The position numbers and the translations under genes are program-made. Positions 26,351 through 40,777 of a DNA stretch of 64,000 nucleotides are shown one piece after another; position 1 is the stretch's first letter; each line of letters begins with the position of its first letter. Source of the stretch: Rhina ancylostomus. Taxonomy: Eukaryota. The notes beneath the pieces are model-generated. The model worked only from the letters and a program-made list of their open reading frames with translations. It was not told the origin of the DNA and searched no databases. The DNA lies in assembly GCA_030265395.1 (NCBI GenBank), contig JARFYF010000112.1, positions 76,206,637-76,270,636 of the forward strand. Direction: 5' to 3'.

Positions 26351-26532
26351 GGGTGAACTACACAAGGTCATTACCTCCCTCATACCCAGCACCACCTGAT
26401 CCTCTTCATCAGAGGAACTTCATGCTCACTGATGGCATACCTCAGGGGTCAATGTATGAACTAACGGAGCCTAAACGCAGTCAGTCTCCCTTCTGGCAGA
26501 ACTTCAGTAGGTTAACACCATTTAAAAAGTAA
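26351..26532 (+). CDS. ARHGEF9: ARHGEF9 (collybistin) terminal coding exon, CB3-type C-terminus
   Basis: ttttttttcccgtttcag|GG GTG... encodes [63 protein letters not shown] at 26530-26532. The last ~22 aa are the diagnostic collybistin CB3/hPEM-2 end. Confidence 0.97.
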
Positions 26533-29500
26533 CAGGCCATGTTGTTTGGGAGGAACTAGCCCTTGACATTTATTCTTGGCAGTTAAAAACAAAGTGTGGA
26601 TCAACAAACCATGTTTGGGTCATGGATCTAGATGATTTAAACATCTGCTGACACCTTTCCTGCTGAGCCTTGGTTCAAAACAACATTTTATCTCATTATT
26701 TCTTAATGTGATTCAACTGTTCATAAAGCATATAATATATGACAACAGAAAGTCAGAAAGGAAAACTGAAATTCAGACTCAGCCTTNNNTGCATTACATC
26801 ATTTGTGATTATGTGAATCTAGATTTGCTCCTTAGTGCACCGTATTGCAGCTGTATACATGCAGGCACACACAGAGACACAGACAGACAAACACATACAC
26901 AGTTTCATACACATTCACACACACATCTTGCTTCTGTTGTTCTAAAAGCTTATTACATATATACTGGAGTGTGACTGTTTTATTGCTTGATCAGTTTTAC
27001 ATAAACTATTACAGATATTTTAATGACTAATATCATAACCATGCTTTTGATGATTTAATATATAACCATGTGCTGATATGATATGTTGTACTGAATGAAC
27101 AGTTCAAACTCTGTTTGAAGAACTGAGGAATAACTCATGCCATTTCTACCAGTATCCATGGAGTTTTGTAATTATTCAGAAGGTAAGAGTTAATTGACAG
27201 GGCCATTTCTTTGCCATCTTTGTCCTAGTTGGTTTAACAACCAATTCTCTTTGCCAGTACAACAAAATCTTTCAACAGAATGGATATATAACTATAACCT
27301 TTTGACCAGAGAATCAATTGCTTAATATAATTAACATTCTTTAGTTTTAACATGTTTTAGTCCAAGTTTGTTACAGTGTTACACTTAACAGTTAATAAGG
27401 CTTTAATAACTAATCAAATTGTATTTTAATTCTTTAAATTTGAGTTAGAAGGCGTAATGTAACACTAACAAGTCTTTGTTGTTGTCAGTTAATACTTTCT
27501 TCACCTTGTGCATCCTTGGACATTTACCAATCCTTCCACAGCATTAATCATCTGATCCCATGTGGTTTCTCTACAATATCTCTGGACTACTTCAACTGAA
27601 ATGTTTGCAATTCATTGGAGTTCTGTGGATTGAACAGTGCACCACATAGATTATAAACTAGGTTATGGCGGAACCATTGCAAATTAAGGAATTAAGTTAT
27701 CTTTAAATATCGTCCTACAAAAATGTTTTGTGCCACAAGTGATGTAAACATTTGTTTTGTGATGTGCTAAAATGTCACTATTTTGCATTTCCAATGCATA
27801 CGATGAAATCATACATGATATAAAATGATAAACTAGCCAATCTTTTGAAATAATAATGGACATTTTTATAGAACTACAGAGCTACTTTTCCAATAATCAT
27901 AGCTAGATATTATTTTCTAACAATCTAAATAATTAAATATTTATTAAACTAGTGCCAAAAAATGTAGAAGTAAATTCAACAAAGAGAAAATTTGTTAGTA
28001 TATGATTCAGTACACAGGCACTTAGCTGCCAGCTGACAGATTGTTCTTTCTGTACTGTTCCTATTTAAAGGCTGTTGGTGCCCTTAACAAAGGCAGTTAG
28101 CAAAAGTCCTGGTTAATCAAAAATGTATTTTCTCATACTGAATTTATAGGCCATCAGGAATATGTTATTGCTATCCATTTAGGGAGTTTAGTGGCTTGCT
28201 TTTATTTTATTTCTATAGTGAATTATTTAATTTCATTGCAATGGCTGTGGTCTTTGTCTAATTATATTCAAGCTCTTTGCTCAGGTAAATTCTTGCATGA
28301 TGTGCCATATAAAGTAGTGATTGACTGGTACATAGTTCTACAAGTCCGTTTTTCTGGTTTCTTTAGTATCTGCCTCCACTGGTAAGGGTAACAAGCAGTG
28401 CCAAATTATCAGTTGGATCAAATATGCATTGCAATTAGTGATCGACATTGTACCACACACCAGCGTCGTATGTGACTCATATGAAGAATGAGGCCTATTT
28501 ACCCATTCCACAGTAATCTGAGGCTAGCCAGACCTAATCATTGAAATTTTTGTAGAGCGCACAGTCAAGTGACTGTATAGTTGACCAAAATAATGCTAAT
28601 GGCATCTTTTCTTATCACTTGACCAGGAGTATTGAATAGAAGGTTTCTCAGGGGAATATTGGTCAAAACACTAATATTGCTAGCTCATGCTCTTTGCAAT
28701 AAGTAATTAAGAGATCTAGAAAGTCAAGTAGACCAGAGTGGATCTCAGTTCAAGATTTTGATTGTGTACAGCACCCTCCTCCAACATGTGCCCCAACTCA
28801 GTGTTCTCAGTTTCAGACTGAAATTACAGTGTGAACAGACAGAAACTGAATGTGGTCCATGCGCCCACTGGTTTCCCAAGATAGGGGCAGGAGAATGGTA
28901 CCCATTGAATGTACTACTACTCTGATATGCAAAATGAATCTATCACTTAATGGAAGGGGAGAAAATGAATTGGATGGGGAGAGGATACCACAGATAGATT
29001 TCTGGATATTATTAAGCTAGCTTTAGATATTTTTGCCAAATACATTCACCTCTCTGTGAAGGAGGAACAAGAAGTACCTGTTTCCCTCTTGTCAAGGGTT
29101 AGGGTACATCTGTGATATAGTGCGTGAAATAATGATCTGACACAAAACTATGCTATACAGACAAGATGCCAGGAATGATTCTTAGTCTGTGCTGAATGAT
29201 GTAATCTGGAATCCTAAAACCAATTTCAACAGCCATGGTCTAAAAAGAAAACAAAATATTAGCCTAGAGTTCCCATTCCCAATCACTATCCAGTGAGGTG
29301 CACATTGGCAATGATTTGGTAAGGACAGACATTCATGTCTAATCTTACATATGAAGAATAGCTTTTTTAGAAAGGTTCTGGTATGTTGCTGACACACACA
29401 GAACTGCAGGCTATCAACAAAATTAGGAGGAACGAAGTTGAGTATTTTTTCAATAATGAGAATCTTTGATATTTGACTGGATATGAAATTAAATGACATT

Positions 29501-32500
29501 ATGGTTTCTGTATCTTGCTGATTTTACCTCACCGCAAGTGTTACCATCCAACTAAAATGAGTATTTGTGAGGTTAATTAAAAATCAAAAGGTTTATATTT
29601 TGGATTATATTGTCGCAAGGCAGAGGATTCAATGCTTGGAAGCATTGCAACTGATGCCAGGATGAATGGGGTTATTGTACCAGTCTCTCACTAACACAAC
29701 CCCTCAATTTTGTTTTATTGCATGAACACAAAATTGGGTGATAGCAGCTATCCATTTTGTATTGTATCCTTCAGTTGCGCTTGTAAATATATGCATGTCC
29801 TAATCCTTTACACAATTTTCAACTATGGAAACAAATATTTACACACATTGGTCATTGTACATTGTTTCCATGATTTTATTTAGCATTGTTTTCACATTGT
29901 GACATATTCTGTGTAATGAGAGTTGTAAAAAAATATTCAAATGAACTCACCTGGGGAGTGGCTCTACCTTCCAGTTCACATGGATCTAATTTAAGCTGTT
30001 AAATTCTGTTTTTTTTAAATATGTGATTTCTTATGTAGAATGTCTCATTATTGAAGACATGACATTATTATTTCAATATGGCAGTGTGGCGCTATTTAAA
30101 ATTAATTCTGAGAACTACAATGCACATAAAGGCAAACATAGTCTGTGCACTAGTGCTGAGCCTTAACGAACAAGATTTGGATGGGATGGGTATGGTGGTC
30201 TAAAAGATTTTAAAAATCTGGTCAGCCTTTAAAGAGATGTGGGAGGAGTTGTTCATCTGCAGTTGAGAAACTCAAGCATGAGCGTTATCATTAAATGGAT
30301 TTTTGATTTGTGATAAAAAAACAAGATACAAATGAATACTGTTTGCAAGGGGCAGGAACATTTTTAAAAAATCCATACAATGTAGATGTGAATTATTGCA
30401 TCTAGGAAAATTGATGCTTCAGTTATGAACTCTTGTCTTTGTATTGAAAGTTACAGGCACTGGATTTGTAAATGACATCGAACTATTCAAGTGTTTTAAT
30501 GGAAGATGTTCTGAGTGAAACCTTCTCCTTGCACTGGCATTTAAAGTCACACCAACAGCAATGTTCAATTACAATATTATAAAAATATGGTCTTAACAGC
30601 CTCTACTGTATTAATAAGAAATAAATAGGACTTACATGTTATTGATGTGCAAGTCCACATGTATCTTGTACAAAATAGAAATGTGGTTCTCAGCACCATA
30701 ATGCAACATGCCATGGAACAGGTGCTCAAATGAGTGATAAGATAGTCCTGTTAAAGCCAGTTGTGTAACATTCATTAGTTAGAGTGAGGTCTTTCAGTAA
30801 GCATTTTGATTTAGCTTCAGGCTGTAAAATACCAGCATTTTGCTCAGAATTTCATTTCTAAAGATATAGCTATTAGTTGTAACAGGATTATTTCATGGAC
30901 TCGCATTGTTTATGTTATAAAATTACTGTTTGAATTTGAAAAACAATGCATGCATGATGCCTTTGGAAGTGATGCATGGTCTCACTGCTGTTTTTGCAAC
31001 ACATGATCATTTTTAGGGAATGATACACCACCGGTCAATAAAATGTAAGTGAAAATCCTGACCTCTTGTAACAAGCAAAACCGTAGCATGGTAAAATAAC
31101 TAATGAAACATGACCATGTTAGATTCTAGTTGCTAATGATTTAGATATGCTTGTGATTCCTAAGTGAATCCTGCTGTAGAAAGTAGGATGATTTTGTCAA
31201 ATTGAGATCTTGCCTATTAACTTAAGCAGACCAGAGCTTACATATTCAATTCCCTAGACAGAAGTGTGGCTAGTATTCTGAGAGATGGGACCATTAATGC
31301 ATTTTGTCAGTTTTTAGAAATGGATAGTTAGAATTGAACACTATAATTCATGGAAATAATCCTCTACTAAATAAGGATTCATTCCAGTTTTAGTCAAGGG
31401 AGTAGAATAAAAGTGGGATAGCTCCATAATACACAAATTTATCTCCAGCCCATTCGCAGTTAGTCTAACTCTACTGTGAGTATAGTAGTATTCTCCAGTA
31501 TACATAAACTTCTGCCATTGATTCCCTCAAATAAAGAAATGCAGATAATTATCATGTGTCCATTTTAACAACATCTTTCCTGTTAATTATAAAAAATATT
31601 GTACCGGCAATGAGTTGAAGAACAAACTTCAGATCTCTGCTTGTCATTTGAACGTAACTCTGTGGAAAACTGAAAACCTGCTGATTTGGGAGCCAAATTT
31701 GCTGCTGGTGAACTGTCCACTGGTGCAGTATAAAGTTGAAGCATCACGAATAAAAGAAGATAGTTGAAGGATAACTCATTCACTTTAAGTAATCCACACT
31801 ACATCTGGAACTTAAATAGCTTTTATTTGCTTAAAGCCAGATCAGCATACTTGCAAACTGTACAGCTTTAAGTTGAATTTTAAAGTTGATCCAAATAATA
31901 TTTTAGGTTTCAATTAGTTAAAATCAAATCATTTGATTTAAGCAATAAATACATTCACAAAATATTCCTTTGTCTGCCATTTCATTAAAAATTTAACCCA
32001 CAGTTAATGCTTTAGTTAAAACAGCATTTAGAGATATTGTATGAATGTGTTAATAAAATCTTTTAATTTAGTTTCAGCCTCTGTATCACAGTTGTCATAG
32101 TTGGCAAATACATTATTCATAAAGAAATAATTGTATTTTCTCCATAATAGCCTAAATGTGTATATTCGTAGTCTTTATATGCCAAGATTTTATTAAAACA
32201 AAATTATATTTTCTCTATACTAGAGTTATAAAATATTGTTAAAATAAATGTGGAGAATGAAATAATTAGTTATAATAATTAATTATATGGCATAGTATAC
32301 AGAGATATTGCTATGTGAATAAATTCTGATGATGTCAAGTGGATTGCTTGGCTGTAACATTAGAAAATATTCCTCCAATGGCTCAGTAACTGAAAGCATT
32401 TTCCCATGTAGTACCAAGACCAATAGACTAGAAAGTTCTAGAATTTATTGCCAATCTTAACCAGGGCAGCAATTTGAGTACTGCAATTTTTCTTGGCACC

Positions 32501-35500
32501 CCTTTGTTACAGTGGGTCAAACACAGTCAAGAGTGCCTGCTCTTGGTGGTAAATTCTATCTCTTGATTACAAAACAACTTCTACAACTTTCACCTTCTAG
32601 AAACACATGCATCTTAGTCAAAAACCCCACAAAGTGCTTATGTTAATCAGGGATTGGTAATGGAGTGGTTTAGATCCCTCATCTACTTCCCTTCTTTATC
32701 AAATCAGCCTATCTTTGTGGAATGGAGGTTTCCTCTGCCTCTTGGCTGTAAATGTTCTACATAAAATTAATTTGTGAATCTCTGGCCCATTTCCAGCATG
32801 AACAACAAAACACTGCCCCTTAATGGCACAAAAATATTGGTGGGAGAAATAGAAAAGTATTACACTGTTACAGTAGAGGCTGCTTGGAGCTGTGGCATTT
32901 TGTCAGGCAGATTAGGGAGAGCTTTATTTTGCAACTAACCAGGCTGCAGTTGACCAGAGAAATATTAATGCTGGATATACACATACCAAATTAGTTTGAG
33001 AATACAATATTTCTAATTCTCTGGGGTGATTTTAAAGTAGTGGGCTTCTGGTGGATAGCTTCAGGAGTCAGTTAATTACTTGCCAGCATGGGCTGGAATG
33101 AGGCAAAGTAAGTCCTATTAAACATGTTATCAGCTGACCAGGAGTGGGCATGATGCATATTGGCTGGCCTTTAACTGTTTGCCCACACTCAGATAGATAT
33201 TGGAAGATGGGTTCTTCATGGAAAGTAAACAGGGGACCTCTGGTATAGGGGATGCTTGAACTCTACTTTTGTGAACCCAAGGACTACTCTTTTATTGCCC
33301 AAAATATAGAGAAGTAAGAAACGTAATTTAGATAGTCTTTTCTACTTTTGATCCATATTTGACAGGCCTATATGCCAGAGCTCAAATTGAAGGTGAAGTT
33401 TGATGTTACCAAACTTCAATCTGCCTACTTTAGGAACAATGGAGCCTTGCTTGTGCCCAGAAGTGGTAGTAAACATCAGCAACAGTAAGCTCAGCATTGA
33501 ACATAGATGAATATGTTGCTACTTCATTTGAACTCCTTTCTCATTCAATTTTACTGGGTAGGAACAGTTAAAGTTCACTATCATAAAAGATTTTATTATT
33601 GACTTGCTCAAATAATGGTAATGTTCACTATAAGAGGATTCCGATTGTACATTTTACTCAATTAGCATTAAAAATTACAACTACATAGAAATTTAAATAA
33701 TTTTATTAATTATATTATCAGATCTTGCTTTGACCTTCATGTTCAAAATTAATAGTTAGAAATAACATTGAACTTGCAGTCACAGAGGAAAAAAGTTGAT
33801 GAATTGAAAAATTCCCATCACCAGTGAATGGTGGATGTTGAGATTATAATATTACTCAGCCCAGTGAGGTTTGGCCTCAGTTTGAATCCTGACTCTGGTT
33901 AACTTTTGGCAGTAATGGGGTCTGTCTAAGTCATTATAATCCTAATACAAGTCAAGCTAAACTCACATCACTGCATTAGTTGTAAGTTTAGGTTGGATAA
34001 TTTCACTGAAAAATCAGGTGCATGGACAAATTAAACACATTGATGACCAGGATTTCTTCATACATCATTGAATCTGTTTGACTCAGAATCTGTCTCAAGA
34101 GATTGCAATGCAAATACATATCTAGCTAAACTCATAACTGTATTAATAACAATGCAAAACCACTTTAAGAATTCATGAAATTAAACAGATTTTAAATGGA
34201 GATATAGAAGCAAAATATCTTACTTTTCTCATCCATCCTACTCATTAGGGAAGCTTAGAGAATCAAGTCAAAAACCTTTTAGAATCTCAGTCTACAGTAG
34301 AAGACCATAGTTTAACGGGACAAAAAAGTATCAAGGGCAAATACAATGTTGTCACTTCATGCTGATTGACAAGGATGCTTGCTGTAATTTCAGTTGAAAT
34401 GAACAGCAGGTGGGTTCTATAGAAATGGTTTTCTTCCTGCATTGATATTAAGTGCTATGACTTGCCTGGAGTAGTACAATTCCTTTTTATCAATGAAAGA
34501 TAATTTTGAGTTGTGTTAAATCCAATGTATTCATTGTGGTGATGCTGAAGTTGATTGTCTGAGTAAAGTACCACGATCTTCTGGATACCACTCTCAAGAT
34601 TTAGCATATGTGTAATCTTTTTATAATGCATTGTTCTCTCTGACAAGGTTAAGCTTCCACTGGAAAGCAGAGTAAGATACTTCTTGGGGAAAGGGAAATC
34701 TACCTGTGTTTATAAGTATGTTATGATGGATGCCAAATTATAGTATTTACCAGACTTACAGTTAAAAAGATCATAAATTAATGAAGATAAATGTCTAAGA
34801 ATGACAAAAATTAATCACATCCTTGCTGCTGCACCAGCAGAACTTTATTACATTTCTTGTCTCTCAAGATTTTTTAAAAAAGGTTTGAGTAGCCTCAGGC
34901 ATATCCCAAACTAAATGCATATGTTTAAAAAAATACTAAAGTTGAAATGTAAGAACTGATTTCCAAGGCTAGTGCTCCTGTTGTCTTCTGTGACAAATCC
35001 CATCAAGAAATCATGGGTGCACTGCCTGCAATTTCCTGAAGTTTGCAACTAGTAGCTGTGCCACCCTCCTCTCCCACTCACCTGACACAACCACACACCA
35101 ACTGCTGTCTAAATGAAATCCAGACAGATCCTCTCCCATTCTGTATAGTTCCAAATAAATGTAAGCTTGGTGCTGTAATGTTAGAAAAGAAAAAAATGTT
35201 CTTTCTATTTTGTTTATCAAATTTAGACATAAGAATTTTGTAACTTTTGTGAATGTTTGTCAATGTTGTTCTACATGCATTAAAACCGTCTTGGAATTTA
35301 AAAAAAGTTATCAGCTGATTTCCAAAGGTTATTTTTCTTAAAGCTTCGTCACCATAAAAGAGAACATTTGTCATTTGTGTGAAACTATGTTGAACATACC
35401 CAACTCTCCTTCAAACCATTTCTATTTTGAACAACTATACTTGTGTCCACAATGGAGTCCATGGTCATCTGTAAATCTGAATGCAGTGCAAGACTGAGCA

Positions 35501-36459
35501 GCTGTAAAACGGTTTGAAAACATTAGCATAATCATCTTTTGAAACTGAAAATATAAAATCTCCTATTTTGGTCCCTTTTGAAATGAATGATGTGATTAAA
35601 TTCTCATTTTTTCAATAGTTAATAATAGGCTATACTGACACTAGCTTAAAGTTTGTAACTGGGAGCTCCCTCAATGACTGTACAGTAGCCACCGCCAAAC
35701 TATATTGAGCTAAGGATCCCTGCTCTGTGGTGAGTAAGCTCAGACAATTGTTTTGGGGCCCTCCCATTTATTAACTCTGCTGAAAAGTATGTACACGTGC
35801 ATAAATGCTGGATGAGCACAACTTCAGTCATGGCTTTAATAGTCCCTGAAGGTGAATCCCTTGGTACATTGTCATGACTTATACCAGAAGGCATGAAACA
35901 TTATTCAATACAAGTCAAGCTCTCAGGAAAGTGAGAAAATAGAAGAAAACTAGGAATTGCCATTTTCATTTTCTGAGTCAGGGGCAATGATAGGATTAGA
36001 CATTGAAAACTACAGATGCTTTCACATCAGCAAGACAACTAAAGAATCAGAATCAGTTTTAACCAGCTCAATTGACAATTTGGCCATTTCAAGAATGTAA
36101 GGAGAAAAATGCACTAAACCGAATAACAGAGTTTGTGTCTATTAATAAAAATGTGTCAAGTATGCGCTAGATGAAGGAGAGCGGAATTAAATTCAAAATT
36201 CCTTTTAAATCAGATATTGTCTTTAAATCTAATGAGGGATATTTGACAGCATTTTGTGTAATAATCATTAGCCTCCCAATATCTTTCCATTTGGTATAAC
36301 TCAGTTTATGTTTTGCAATATTGCCGCTTACTCGCTTTTCAGCATTTTTATGAATGGCCTTGGGTGCTTTCTCTCAGCATTTACTTTTCGGTGTAAATGG
36401 GGAATGACCTTTTCCTCACCACTTTCTCGGATTTAGGGACTTTAATTTCCCTTTTTATT

Positions 36460-36600
36460 TTACGGCCCTGTGTATGTATATTATAATGTTTGTGGCTGAA
36501 TAATATTTTGTTATAGTTTTGTACCTGTATTGAAATCACACAATGTACACAATAAATGCTTTCAGCTACTTAGTGTATTGTATGTGCCTTTGCCACAAAC
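36460..36600 (+). terminator. Candidate distal polyadenylation site of ARHGEF9
   Basis: AATAAA at 36551-36556, several upstream TGTA motifs (tgtatgtata, ttgtacctgta, atgtacac) and a downstream GT/T-rich tract (gtgtattgtatgtg). Confidence 0.45.
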
Positions 36601-39600
36601 ATTAGTCTGAGCTTGGATTAATATTTCATTTGCCGCCTTTGATTTTGTTGATTTATTTCCCAGTCCTTTCCTGAAAATTTTAGTATCTGGTAGGTTTTGA
36701 TATTCTTTTTGAATAATAATCACCTTCTAATACTTCACCAGCCCCCATCCTTCCAATAGGTAGGACTGGATCAACTCTTCCTTCACCCAATGCTTCCATA
36801 GCGATCTGCAGCTTACAGCTGGCTACCTCTCAGACTTCTGAACATTTGTAGCCCAATGTTTGGTTCTAAAGCAAGATGAAGGTCCGATGAAGGTAGAATT
36901 GAACCCCCAACCCACCAATGCACTCACCTTGGGATCCAGTGTAGAGAAATTACATACTAAGCAGAGGATCCAGAAATACATTTCGTATTTGTCACCTCAG
37001 CTTTGCACTGTGCCCAGTTGGAATAGAAACCATGACCCCCATTCTCTTGAATAGTGTTGCAAACCCTACAATGAAATGGTTAAGTGTTTACGTATTTTAC
37101 TTTATTTTAATGTTTTTAATTATTTGCCAGCATTTTAAGGCAGTTTTAATGAAATATGTTTTCTTAATTTTTGCTGTTGTTTATTTTAATCCAGTTGAGT
37201 ATTTTCTAAATGTCTTTGACATTTGAAACCTTTGAAAGTGTTATGCTGTCAAAGGCCTTCATGGCAAACTGGGAACAGAACCATAGGTTCCTCCATCAGA
37301 TTACCATTCCGCAACATTGGTATACCAGGAAAGAGTAAAATTGGGCCATGCTTGAAAAGAATTAACCCCACACGTGGAAAATGGCGGTTTGGCTGAAGTC
37401 CTGGAGGATAGCTGGGCTAATGAAACCGTATTACTGGAAGGAGAAAGTTGCTTTAGGAAGGAGCTGGGAAAAATGGAGAGGGAAGAAGGAAAATACTAAT
37501 ACACTTTTTCACTTGGACAGTGACGATTGTAGGGAGATAGAATTTGGAGCTGGTCAACTATTAGTTTCCAGAAATCACTCTAATAACTATGGTAGCAGCC
37601 TTAAGTATGTAGAAAAATAAAAGATTATGAATGGGTAATTATGGTAATTTAATGAAAGATCAGTAAGAGAGCACAAGGCACAACTTGAGTATTTAATTGA
37701 TATTGTTTGAAGAATAATTCCATGGCATTTTTTTCAAAACAAATTTTCTTCTATAAAAAATATCCACTGGTATTACAATTGTAAAGTAAAAATTTAGTGC
37801 CAACGACCCACTGCAGCATCATTACTGTAGAAAACTTGCATGCCACAGAGGAATATGATTTTTAATATAACTTAACAACAACTAAATGTTTAAAAGATAT
37901 AATAGCATGTAATACTCTTGGACGGAATATAAGCAAAAAGCTTGTTCGCAGATGGTGTCCCATTTCTTATGATTCTCTTATTTCTATTTGATCCGTGCTT
38001 TTCAGAAACTTTCATTTTCTCCGAAGATTGAAGAATGTCATTAGCATTTTGCTTTTATCTTTGAGCATATTTATTTACCAGAGACAGATTTTGGATACAG
38101 AGTTGCTTTAAGACATTATGAGTTAAAACCACTGTTATCCAGAAAACAGAGAGCCAAACATCATGATTTTGTTTGCTGAGTGATCCAATTTCTATGAAGA
38201 ATAAAATATGAATGAAAATTGGGGAGTTGCAGTGTGCATATCCAGAATTTTTATTCCAGTTTCCTATCTGCATCTTGACTCATGACACATGGAAGACCAT
38301 GCAGCTGCATCCAGCAAAGTATAACATAGTTATGGAATTTCATTCACATTGGATTGGCTGCATCCGTAAGCCTGTGCGGCCTATTTCTGCACAACGTACA
38401 AAGGACCTCTCTAAACAGGTCCAGCTCAGTGCTGGGAGCATGAGACGGGTAGGTCCACTTTAAGTAATTTACTTTCTGTTATTTTTCACTCCCCAACACA
38501 TTCCAATGATAACAACCACCACTTTTCCCATGCCTCCTGCCTTGCCCTTCACTTGACTTGCTCCCCACTAATTACGTGACCTATCTCATCCCACAAATTG
38601 GCAACCACAGCCTCCCATCCCTGAAGTGTCAAAACCTAGTCCCAAATGGCTAACTACTACTCACATCCCCATGTGCAACCACTGAACACCAGGAGCTCTA
38701 ATCAACCACCGAACCCCTCCAGGTCTGGCTCTCCTACCACTTCCCTATGGCCCCATGCACCTGGCTCTGGAGCTAGTTAATTTCCTTCATATGCACTGCA
38801 CTGGCACCACACAAGAAGGAAAGTGCTCAAACATCACTGAATTTCCAAGAGTCAGGTCCACAAGCAATCAATCATGCATTTACCGGGTAGAGAACATTTA
38901 ATCAGTCTTGTGACATCGTGAATTAGAGAAATAATTCAAGCATTTTCTAGTTGCTTTTTCTTTTTGTATGGACTATGATATTTAATATTCTCAGAAATTA
39001 ATATTTAGAATGAATTGTATAAGTAGAAACTTAGGTAATTATTAAGACACAAGGAATACAGCTGGAGAGCAAATGCTGGACCTTGGCCAGAACGTTTAAG
39101 GTGTAAAATCAGGGGCACAGGTTGATCACTTCATGGCCTCTCGACCATAGATTTGGCAATGTGGAGGGTCAGTTGCTTCACAAAAGCCAACTTTTCAGTC
39201 TGGCCAGGTGAAGGTAGGCCCAGCTGTTCAGTCTGCCAGGTAAGACTGGGACCAGTTGCTCCATCTGCCTGGGCAAGGCAGGAGGAGCTGATCAATCTGC
39301 CCAAGTAAGGGTGGAGCCCACCACCTGGTCAGGAGGAAAGCTTGCAAACACACTGTATTTGTTTGAATACAGATGGTTCTTTCAATGCTCCTTGTGAGCC
39401 AGAAGCAACAGGACTGCTCCCTACAGGCCTCCCTTCAATCTTCCCAGCCCCTTAATTACCAGCTTTCCAGTCTCCCCCTCCAAATGTCCTCCTTACTGCA
39501 CTTTCTCACCATTTTCTTGAAAATTATGCTTCCTCTTACAAGCTGTCACACCTACAATCCTCCCCAGTTGCCAAGCACACCAGTACTGTCTGATCTTCTA

Positions 39601-39824
39601 CCACTGGTGATCCCTCCAATCCACCAGAGAGGCTGTGCCCTTTCAGTTGAGGGCCAGGAGGTGAAGCTACTTGATGCCAAGGAGGCCTTGTCATTAATTT
39701 TGGCAGAACCTTCACGTCTCCAGCCTCGTTGGGTTCTTCAGTCATTCCCAGCCTCAAATACATTTTCCTTACCTTTTATAGTTATAACAAGTGAGGGGAA
39801 TTATGTGCGGCATTTAATCATGTA

Positions 39825-40137
39825 CAGGCCATCCCTGGGTTACAAACACCCAGCTTACACCCCTACATACAAACAAGCTCCCCTAATGCTATTTAATTCA
39901 GAAGTCCAATGTATGTACATACATTTGTTCCTATGAGTAGCAGAAGTAATTTCCTCTCTCTCTCTCTCTCTCTCAACTTTTACTAATTGTTCTTTCTTAT
40001 CAGTCTTATATGCTTTTAATGCCATTCATTTTAATATTGTGGATGTATGGTTACCATATCGAGTGATTTTTATGCATTTTCCAACTTGCAGATGAAATTG
40101 ATACATAGACATCTGTCCATTACCCAAGGATGGCTCA
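39825..40137. mobile_element. Tc1/mariner (Tigger/pogo-like) MITE
   Basis: TA|caggccatccctgggtta ... ttacccaaggatggctca|TA: imperfect TIRs (15/20 including the TA), flanked by TA. Contains a (TC)n run and an 18-bp palindrome. Confidence 0.7.
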
Positions 40138-40777
40138 TATTGGGCACAGGCAGTGATGCACTTTTCCCCCTTCCCCACCATTCACACTCTGGACTCTCTT
40201 TGTTCCCAATATGCTGCTTTCCCAACACAATTATCCCATAACCTCTAACTTGACCAAAACCAAATAAGCTCAGTCTTGACAATCTTCATTCCCTGTGTAA
40301 CAATTCACCCAGCTCACTGAACATCTTCCAATATTAGATTCTTTTGTGATCCCTTCACTCTCCTGGTCATCTCCTCTGAGAAGCTCTCACAAAGCACTCC
40401 AACTTATTACCTCCCTCCCCTCGCTTCAAAAGCTACATCAAGTTCTTCTTTCATCTGTGTTTGCTCTCTAGTTATTTGTGCCCTAACAAGTGTTTTGGAA
40501 AATGTTACCATGCTAAAGGAGCTTCTTAAGTTCCTGTGACAAAGTGCAGCATAATTTCAATCAAAAAAACCCTCACAACCAGGATTCCTTTTGAATTTGA
40601 AACAACAAAAACAGATTCATAGATGATTTTAACATTTATTTTAACTTTTGTGGCATGTTGAGAGTTATTTCGTTTATGGTGAATTGCGATATTAGATTGG
40701 GGGAGTAAACAGTCAGCCAATACTGAAGTATGGGTTCAGTGCCCTTATGATCTTAACTGTGTTATTTCATTCCTTTG

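Noticed and set aside
30078-30100. TGGCAGTGT, the miR-34/449 5' sequence
   Set aside because: The rest of the mature sequence does not match and no precursor hairpin is evident.
39373-39936. Longest ORF in the track (187 aa)
   Set aside because: Low-complexity S/L/P/Q composition, no recognisable domain, and it runs into a MITE; likely a chance ORF in decayed TE sequence.
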